Shown here piece after piece: positions 10,161 through 17,895 of a stretch of 64,000 nucleotides of DNA. Numbering within the stretch: the first letter of the stretch is position 1; every line of letters starts with the position of its first letter. Origin of the DNA: Ostreococcus lucimarinus (Eukaryota); assembly GCA_000092065.1 (NCBI GenBank), contig CP000589.1. One strand, 5' to 3'. Made by a program: the position numbers and the translations under genes. The notes under the pieces were generated by a model. It was not told where the DNA came from. It saw only the letters and a program-made list of their open reading frames with translations, and did not search any database.

Positions 10161-11501
10161 GTGCGCGCGCGCGCGACGGCGGCGCTGCGTCGCGTCCTCG
10201 ACGACGGCGCGGACGCGAGCGCGGTGCTGCGCAAGGCGCTCAGGCCGGGAACGGCGCGCGTGACGAACGACGAGCGCGCGGCGATCGCGCGCGCGACGCT
10301 CGGCGCGACGGCGTGGCGACTCAGGTTGGAAGCCGAACTCGCGAGCGCGACGAGGCACGGAACGCGCGAGGCGCGCGCGTGCGCGGAACGCGCGGGCGAT
10401 CGAGCGGAGAAGTTGATTTTGATGTACTGGAGCGGCGATCGGGGCTCGGGGGGGAGGGCGGTGGTGCCGAGCGCGGAGGACGCGCGCGCGATGTACGGCG
10501 ACGGCGCGGCGGATTTGAGAATCGCGGCGAGGGAGGAAAACGTGCGTTGGTCGAGCGACGACGCGATCGCGGTGGGGCAGAAAACCGCGCTGCCGCGACC
10601 TTTGGTGGATGCGCTGATTCGAGAGTATGGACGAGAGGAGGCGCTGGCGTTCGGAGCGGCGATAAACGCGCCGGGACCGGTGACGTGTCGAGCCAACGGC
10701 GCGCTCGCGCGCGGGGGCGCGGATGAGGTGGCGGCGATGCTCGCGAGGGAAGGCATCAGGACGGAGAAGACGAAGTATGGACTTGCGGCGCCGCTCGCGT
10801 TCGTCCTTCCCGATGGGCCGCCGAAAAACGGCGGGATCTTTGGATGCGACGTCTGGCGTCGCGGATACTTTGAAGTCATGGACGAGGGGTCGCAGTGCAT
10901 CGCAAACGCCGTCGGCGCGCGAGAAGGCGAGCGCATCTTGGACGCGTGCGCGGGAAACGGCGGAAAAACACTCGCCATGGCGGCGAACATGAATGGACAC
11001 GGCGAAATATGCGCGTTTGACATCGACAAACGACGTTTATTGCACTTGAAGGCGAACGCGGCGCGCGCGCGCGTCGACGCGCTGGTGACGACGACGGAAT
11101 CGCTCGACGAATTAGCCTCGGAATCGTTCGATGCGATTCTCGTCGACGCTCCGTGCTCGTCCGTCGGTGCTTTACGACGAACACCATCGCTACGTCACTC
11201 GTACGACGATCCGCGCGAGCTGGCAAAGGTCCAGGCGGAAATTCTCGACGGCGTCGCTCGTTTGCTAAAGCCAGGCGGGCGATTGGTGTACGCGACGTGT
11301 TCGGTGTTGTCGATCGAAAATCAAGACGTCGCCGAGGCGTTTGAAAGAAAGCACGACGATTTTGCGCCTTGGCCGTTCGAGGACTCGGTGCTCACGTCGC
11401 CCGCGGTCGAGTTGCGATCGCACGAACGTTTGTTTCTACCACACGTGCACGGAACGGATGGATTCTTCATCGCGCGTTTTGTTCGAAGAACCGCTGATTA
11501 A
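10161..11501 (+). CDS. NOL1/NOP2/Sun (RsmB-like) RNA cytosine-5 methyltransferase, probably organellar
   Basis: SAM-binding and catalytic motifs DACAGNGGKT, ILVDAPCSS and LVYATCS are present. The ORF frame is open from 10161 (GTG) but its first ATG is at 10427, so the true start is unresolved. Confidence 0.75.
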   Translation: MRARATAALRRVLDDGADASAVLRKALRPGTARVTNDERAAIARATLGATAWRLRLEAELASATRHGTREARACAERAGDRAEKLILMYWSGDRGSGGRAVVPSAEDARAMYGDGAADLRIAAREENVRWSSDDAIAVGQKTALPRPLVDALIREYGREEALAFGAAINAPGPVTCRANGALARGGADEVAAMLAREGIRTEKTKYGLAAPLAFVLPDGPPKNGGIFGCDVWRRGYFEVMDEGSQCIANAVGAREGERILDACAGNGGKTLAMAANMNGHGEICAFDIDKRRLLHLKANAARARVDALVTTTESLDELASESFDAILVDAPCSSVGALRRTPSLRHSYDDPRELAKVQAEILDGVARLLKPGGRLVYATCSVLSIENQDVAEAFERKHDDFAPWPFEDSVLTSPAVELRSHERLFLPHVHGTDGFFIARFVRRTAD

Positions 11502-11518
11502 AACTTCTAGTCTAGATT

Positions 11519-13764
11519 CTAGGTTGTCTTTCTAAGCCTGAGTAGCATTCTAATTTCCGCGATATTCTCGTGAGCGTGAGCTTCGAGTTCATACACGAAA
11601 TCATCAAGCGCATCTTCCGGTACGACGAGCAAATTCAGGCGAGTCGACAGAGCTTCGAATCGCTCGATGCTCTCGCGAGCTGTCATCGTCTTTCGTACCC
11701 ATGAAACGTACGCGTTGACGTCGAGCTTGAGTTGCATAGCGCCAACTATGGTATACGTATATCTGCACACGTGTCTGAAGAGCAAGGAATAAAATTGAGC
11801 GCCGATTTCATTCAAGAGCGTCGCCGCGTTTGCCGAATCCAAGCATTCGAGCGTCGTCTTCGCCAAACCGTCGAGAGCATCAACCACGGCTACGCACGCC
11901 TCTGTCTCACGCTCGGCAAACGATGATTCGTCATTGAAGTCTACCGCTCGCTGCGTACCACGGAATTTAGCGTCCACTAGCGTCATGCCGCGCGTCGTCA
12001 TGGCCTCTAAGACCTCCGACATTTCCTCGGCGAGTCGGCTTTGCGCGACGGCAAACATTTGCCGCACTGTGCCAGGAGAGAGCTCCGAGTTCATCGTATC
12101 GATCGCATCGCGCGCACGTGCGAGCCACGCGTTCATGTTCCTGGAAGCGAGCAACACGGGCTCGAACACATCGGCGCGTGCTTCTTCACGCGTCGTCCAG
12201 GCGTTGAGACGCGCGCTCGCCGACTTTGTCGCCGCAATCGATTCGCGAAGATGCCTCTGCGCGAGACGGGTGACGCGGCCCAGGAATGCCTCGGCGAGCC
12301 GTGCTCGCACGCTTTCAATCGAAGTCCCAGGCACGCACGATTCGACTCGAAGAAGCGCTTCTTTGTAACGAGCACATAAATCATCCAGAGAGAACTCAGT
12401 CGCGTCGCGCTGCGGCAAGACGTCGTCATCGCTGGGCACCGAGTCCAAACAAGCGCACTCATCGTCCACGAGCGTCTCACACCCGATGCCAAAAAACACG
12501 TCCGGATCGATCGCCTCAACGTCTGCGTCGTCGTTCGTCATTTCACGTATCGCGCGATTCAAAATCTCAATCTCGCGCAACGACAGCGCCGTGAGTGCCA
12601 GGCGCTGCCGAAGCGACGCTGCGGTGCGCAATTCGGTGGTGAGAAAAGTCTCAACGTACGCCCCGATTCGCTGCTCCGCGATCCGATGCACGAGAGTGTT
12701 AAGAACGACGATAGCGCGCGAATCGAACGCGGCGGTAATCGATTGAAATTCCCTTTTCACCGCGCTTTGAATTTGCGCAAAAAATGTGCGAACGCACTCG
12801 GTGCACAAAGATTCATCCTCGCCGAGAATCACCGATCGCTCGACGACGTTACGAAGGCGTTGAATCTCTTCCATCGCGTTCGCAGAGATGAACATTTCAC
12901 GGCTCGCGACGTACCGCGAGACGACGCTGTGTCCGCCGTTGAACTCAAATAACGCCTCAGCGTCGGCTCGCGCTGCTGCGTACGACTTATTCGCGCACGC
13001 CGCGGCAAATTTGTCCAAAAGTGCGTTTTCAACGTCTTCACAGTACCTTTGCAACGCCGTCGAGGCGTCCTTGAGCGCTAATCGCTCCGCGCCCGCGTCC
13101 TCGTCCGCGATGCGACACGACTGCGCGCGTTCGACGACGGAGAGTGATCTTTTCGCCAAGCGTCCCGCTTCGCCTCGTCGCGCCGCGTCCGCAAACAGTC
13201 CATCGCACGCCTTCGCGACCGCTTCGCCACCCTTAGAAAACGCACACACGCACTCCAAAACATCAGCCAACGTCCCCAACGCGTCGGCGCGTCGACTCGC
13301 GCTCGCAGCTTCCGCGTTCGCCGGCGACTCCAACCGTTCCAACACGCGTTCCGTCATTAACGACGCCCTCGCCATGTCCTCGCACACACTTTCGCGTTCT
13401 ACCGCGTGTTTCTTCACCGTCTCCCGCAGTGTGCGCGCCGCGCCCTCCGCGCTCGCTCGCCGAAGCTCGGCGCGCGCCGCGCTCTCCGCCCTTCGTCGCT
13501 CCAGCGCGTCAACCACCTTCTGCGCGCCCGCGATCGCGTCCTCCACCCCTCCGCGCGCGGCTTCGGCGCAGAGTGACACCGCGACGTCGCGCGCGCGCCT
13601 CGCGCCGTGCTGCGCGCGTCGATGCGAGTCAGTCACCGCGCGTCGTCTCGACAAAGTTCGTTGGTTCGAGTTGGTTCGAAAGACGACGCGAAACGCACCT
13701 CGGCGAAGGCTTCGAGGGACGTGGAGACATCGTCGAGCGCGCGGTCGAGGGCGGCGACATCCAT
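11519..13764 (-). CDS. SEC10: Exocyst complex component Sec10 (EXOC5), two exons: 13699..13764 and 11519..13609
   Basis: The C-terminus ...LSTRLNLLVVPEDALDDFVYELEAHAHENIAEIRMLLRLR aligns with the human EXOC5 C-terminus (CNLLVVAPDNL...). The N-terminal exon MDVAALDRALDDVSTSLEAFAE joins through an 89-nt intron (donor GAG|GTGCGT, branch GGTGACTGAC, acceptor CGCGCAG). Confidence 0.8.
13610..13698 (-). other. Spliceosomal intron (89 nt, phase 0) in Sec10
   Basis: Minus-strand sequence GTGCGTTTCG...GGTGACTGACTCGCATCGACGCGCGCAG. Splicing removes the in-frame stop and joins the MDVAALDR... exon to the main ORF frame. Confidence 0.7.
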
Positions 13765-13950
13765 GCGTCGCGCGCGCGTCGCGCGCGAGGGCCGACGCGA
13801 CGGAGTCTGTGGCTTCGCCTCGCCGTCGCGCCAAAGCGACAAAACGGATTCAGTTTACAATAACAATGAAATGTGTGTGATTGAGCTGCTCGCGAACGGT
13901 TCTCGGGCGAAATGCGCGCGAGCGTTCGGTGAGCCTTCGCGCCGAACGCG

Positions 13951-15000
13951 CTAGTCGATGAAGATGCGCCGAAGCGGGTCTCTGGCGAGTTCGCGCATGC
14001 GCGCGTCGTAGTGCAACTGCGCCCAGCGCGCCTTGCCGCCGTCCGATTCCATATCCCGCCTAAACTGTCGCGCCACGTCGTCGCCGATGATGCTCAGGGG
14101 TGAACCGGTGGACATGGCTAAGATTTGCACCTCCGCCGCGCGCTCGAGATAGTACAAATCATCGAACGCCTCGGCGACGGAGGCGCCGCACACGATGACG
14201 CCGTGATGCTTGTGCATCAACACCCGTTTCCCATCCATCACCTTCACCAATCGCTCGCCCTCGGTGTTATCCAACACCAATCCGTTAAAAGTCGGGTCGT
14301 ACGCCACGTCTTCGGCGAATCGCAACGAGTTTTGATGACACATCGCCAACTCGAACGACTCCACGCAACACAGCGCGCTCGCGCGCGGCATGTGCGTGTG
14401 CAGCACGCACGCCACTCCCGCGCGGTGTATCGCGAGATGTATAAAAAACGCCGTCGCGTCCACCTCTCCCGACCCCTCGAGCAACTTCCCGCGCCCATCG
14501 ATCATCACCAGATTACTCGCCGAGACCTCGCTCCACGCCAACCCGTACGGCGCGCACAGAAACGCATCCTCTCGCCCCGGCGCCGCGCACGTCAGGTGAT
14601 TGCACACGCCCTCGTTGAATCCAAGCTTATCGCACAGCTGATAGCACGCCGCGAGCTCGACGCGCGCGCGCCAGACGTCGGCGTCGTACCCTTCGATCGG
14701 CGGCGTGAGGTCGACGTTCCGCCAGGGGTCGCGCCGCGCCGCCGCGTCGCCGTCGCCGACGCGCGGGTACGCGCGCCTCGGCGCGTCGTCCGCCATCTCG
14801 CGCGCGCGCCGGTGCCTCGCGCGCGTCGCGCGTCGCGCCGTGACGTCGTCGCGTCGAGCGCCCGCGACCGACCGATAGCCGCTGACTGTTTGCGCATACG
14901 CGTCATCCGCGACCGACGGCGCGACGCTTCGTATATCGCGCGCCGCGTCGGCGGCGACACATCGCGACGGCGCGCCGCGCGCGCGGAGGCGCGACGCCAT
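13951..15000 (-). CDS. Class II aldolase/adducin-domain protein
   Basis: Class II aldolase fold motifs (CVLHTHMPRASALC; HGVIVCGASVAEAFDDLYYLERAAEVQ) are present. An alternative start at ATG 14794-14796 (MADDAPRR...) would avoid overlapping the divergent gene's start. Confidence 0.75.
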   Translation of the reverse strand: MASRLRARGAPSRCVAADAARDIRSVAPSVADDAYAQTVSGYRSVAGARRDDVTARRATRARHRRAREMADDAPRRAYPRVGDGDAAARRDPWRNVDLTPPIEGYDADVWRARVELAACYQLCDKLGFNEGVCNHLTCAAPGREDAFLCAPYGLAWSEVSASNLVMIDGRGKLLEGSGEVDATAFFIHLAIHRAGVACVLHTHMPRASALCCVESFELAMCHQNSLRFAEDVAYDPTFNGLVLDNTEGERLVKVMDGKRVLMHKHHGVIVCGASVAEAFDDLYYLERAAEVQILAMSTGSPLSIIGDDVARQFRRDMESDGGKARWAQLHYDARMRELARDPLRRIFID

Positions 15001-15206
15001 GCTCGACGTCGACGGCGACGAGTGCGAGGACGCGGTGCGCGCGCGATCGCGCGAGCGCGGTTCGAGCGCGCGCGCGACGCGCGAGACGCGCGATGCGCGC
15101 GAAAGATGGCGACGGCGGCGGCGACGCGGCGAGTCATCTTGCGCGCGCGAGGACGACGCGCGGCGACTGACGGCGCGAATGGCGCGCGCGATAGGGGCAC
15201 GAACGC

Positions 15207-16502
15207 GTGCGACGAGCGATCGAGGCGCTGGAGGTGATGACGGGGGCGGCGGCGAGGCGGGAGGGGGTGGCGAGGCTGTGCGCGGAGATGACGGCTGGGG
15301 CGAGCCGGGCGTCGCTGGCGGAGGCGCTCGGCGCGAGGCCGGTGCTGATCAAGGCGCTCGATCGCGCGGTGCGGGATGACGACGAGATGATGATGGACGC
15401 GATCGGGAGCGCGCTGGGGAAGGCGTCGGAGATGGCGAAGAGGGAGAGTTCGGTGGAGTTGCGGTCGGTGGCGGGGAGTCAGGTGGGCGAACGCGCGGGG
15501 GCGAAGCCGTCGACGCTCGAGGTGCGGCTTCCGGTGTCTGATATAGTCGTTCGAGTGCACGAGAGCGAATGGCGCGACGCTGGGTTGGCCTGGCGCGTCT
15601 GGGGGTCGTCGCAGATCATGTCGAGGTGTTTAGATGCGGCGCCCGAGCTTGTGCGAGCGCTCGACGTGTTGGAAATCGGCGCCGGGTGCGGGCTCGCGGG
15701 GTTGACGGCGGCGCGTGTGGGCGCGAAGCGCGTGCGCATCACCGACGGTGCGCCGGGGGCGATAGATGCGATCGCGCGGAGCGTGAGCGAGCTGCCGCCC
15801 GAGTGTGCGGCGACCACAAAGGCGATGTTTCTAGACTTTCGCGACGACGACGACATCTTAGCGGGCGTCGTCTCGCTTGAGCAAGCCCGCGCATCGAATG
15901 AGGCGAGGCACTGGGTGCACGCGCGCTCCGCAGCGCACAAATCAATGATTGAGTCGTGTAAACTTCCCGTCGACGACGTCTTCGACGTTGTCTTGGCGAC
16001 GGATGTTTTGTATTCCGACGAACACGCTGCGCCGCTCGCCGCGAGTCTCACGCGACGAATTCGGCCGGGAGGATGCGGCTACATTCTCAACGTGTGTCGC
16101 CACGGAGGCATTCTCGCCGACTTTACGCACGCTCTGCTGTCTCGAGGGATGCGGTTGCAAATATCCGCCATCGAACGTTTCGACGGCGAGGACGACGTCA
16201 AGGAATACCAAGGCGGTCATTTGCACCGCGCCCTGCCGCCGCAAGCCGACGCCTGGTGGACGGCGAGCGCGAAAGAGCTCGTCAAGTTTGGCGCGTCCAC
16301 CATCGTCGCCGACGAAGAAGCGTCTATCGCCATGCTCGCTGACGTCGACGTCTTGCGGGAATTCATGACTTCCTTCGAAGGACGCTTCATATTCATTCGC
16401 GTCTCGAGACCGGATATCGACGCCACCGAGACGCCGGCGATATCCGACCGCGCGCCCTCCACGCGAGCGTCCTCGCCCGAAGACGCCACGGCGTCGTCGT
16501 AA
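15207..16502 (+). CDS. Protein-lysine methyltransferase, Methyltransf_16 (METTL21/FAM86-like)
   Basis: The motif LEIGAGCGLAGL and downstream acidic and hydrophobic motifs are typical of the family. The listed start is GTG; the first ATG is at 15237. A possible upstream mini-exon 14999..15034 is described in findings. Confidence 0.7.
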   Translation: MRRAIEALEVMTGAAARREGVARLCAEMTAGASRASLAEALGARPVLIKALDRAVRDDDEMMMDAIGSALGKASEMAKRESSVELRSVAGSQVGERAGAKPSTLEVRLPVSDIVVRVHESEWRDAGLAWRVWGSSQIMSRCLDAAPELVRALDVLEIGAGCGLAGLTAARVGAKRVRITDGAPGAIDAIARSVSELPPECAATTKAMFLDFRDDDDILAGVVSLEQARASNEARHWVHARSAAHKSMIESCKLPVDDVFDVVLATDVLYSDEHAAPLAASLTRRIRPGGCGYILNVCRHGGILADFTHALLSRGMRLQISAIERFDGEDDVKEYQGGHLHRALPPQADAWWTASAKELVKFGASTIVADEEASIAMLADVDVLREFMTSFEGRFIFIRVSRPDIDATETPAISDRAPSTRASSPEDATASS

Positions 16503-16627
16503 TATTTATTATTTGAAGGTTTGTACCAAGACCGTCTTTAGCACATTAAACATTGCACTATTCTTTCGCGCGAGCGCGACTCGCAGTCGTGGTGGTGGAT
16601 GTTACCTCACAATCGACCTCGCTCACG

Positions 16628-17554
16628 ATGCTCAACCCGCGATCGTCTCGATCCGAGCGCTCGCGCCGACGCACCGCGATCGCGCTCACCGTATGCCTCG
16701 CATTGACGACTCGCCGAGCGTTCATCGCGCACGTCGACGCCGGTGAAGTCGACCCCGCGATCGACATGGTGGACGAACACTCCGACAACTATCGCTCACT
16801 CGTCTACGGCATACGCTGCGGTGCGTGCAAGGCGGTGGTGAAAGAGATTGGCGATACGTTTGATACCGTCGCGGCGAAGCATAAGCGCGACGCGGGACCG
16901 ACGAATGTGTTCGGATCGCGATACGTGTCGCTGTTTCGGAGCACGCTGACGCGAGAGGTGGACGGCGTGTGCGCGGCGAACGGGGCGATCGAACGCGATT
17001 GGGGGTACAGCGAGAAGGGGGCGGAAAACATTATCGCCACAAGTCGCGTGTTCGATCGCATGGGGAAGAACTTGACCAAGGAGGAATCATCGATGATACA
17101 GTTGACGGTGTACGGCTTGGGACTGTTCACAAAGAATCCGAGCGAACGATTTCATTATCAAGGCCCACCGGGCAGCGAGATCTCGGGAAGCGATAACTTT
17201 TCGATGATCTCGAACACGTTTGCCAGGCAAACGTTGCGCACGGCGTGTCAAGCGGTGAGCGATAGCTTAGAATTCGACGACGCCATTGACGCGGCTGTGG
17301 CCGACATGGAGAGCGGCTTCGATTACAGCGTGCAGCACAAACTGTGCCTCGACCTGGACTATTGCAAAGTCAAGAATCGTAAATCAGGTCGGAGTGCCCC
17401 GGTGCAGCGCATCGAACAGGACGACGGTACGGTGGCGTACGAGACGGAAGCGACGGAAGCCGACGAGGACCTCGGCGACCAAGGCGTGAGAATCGATCCC
17501 GAAGAGCTCGCGAAGCGAGGCGCCGCCGTCGGCGAAGAGAAAACCGAGCTGTGA
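16628..17554 (+). CDS. Hypothetical secreted Cys-containing protein (possibly saposin-like)
   Basis: Signal-peptide-like N-terminus MLNPRSSRSERSRRRTAIALTVCLALTT, with CGAC...C...CLDLDYC cysteine spacing. GC3 is lower than in flanking genes. TGTAA lies 12 nt after the stop, at 17566. Confidence 0.4.
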   Translation: MLNPRSSRSERSRRRTAIALTVCLALTTRRAFIAHVDAGEVDPAIDMVDEHSDNYRSLVYGIRCGACKAVVKEIGDTFDTVAAKHKRDAGPTNVFGSRYVSLFRSTLTREVDGVCAANGAIERDWGYSEKGAENIIATSRVFDRMGKNLTKEESSMIQLTVYGLGLFTKNPSERFHYQGPPGSEISGSDNFSMISNTFARQTLRTACQAVSDSLEFDDAIDAAVADMESGFDYSVQHKLCLDLDYCKVKNRKSGRSAPVQRIEQDDGTVAYETEATEADEDLGDQGVRIDPEELAKRGAAVGEEKTEL

Positions 17555-17895
17555 GCGCCCTTGTAACATCCTCCCCGCGCCGCGGTCTCACCATCGCGCA
17601 CCAACGCGTTTCCCTCGAATCCTCATCCATCGACGCGTCGCCGCGCCCGCGGGCTGAAGTGAAAAATCTCCAGACCGACACCGCGATCCAGCCAGCTCGT
17701 GGCGCGCCGTCATAACGCGACGCTTGCATGCGACGCGCCGCGCACGCACTAAAACAAAGCGCGACAACTCTCACTACGCACACATCGCACGCGAACGCGC
17801 CCTCGCGCGCGCGTTTCGCGGTAAAGAACGCCGTCGTCGACGGATTCGGTCGACGCATTCAGGGTGGGAATTGTCGACGCGAATTCTCGCTAACG

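Noticed and set aside
9472-11029. ORFs 9472..10263(+), 9779..10726(+), 10017..11000(-), 10151..11029(-)
   Set aside because: They overlap the CorA/Mrs2 and RsmB genes in other frames or strands with no recognisable domains and extreme Arg/Ala bias.
12888-13880. Plus-strand 330-aa ORF 12888..13880 and 13429..13863
   Set aside because: Antisense to the well-supported Sec10 gene. Ser/Ala/Arg-rich with no motifs.
14125-15560. ORFs 14125..15237(+) and 14592..15560(-)
   Set aside because: Wrong-frame or antisense to the class II aldolase and Lys-methyltransferase genes.
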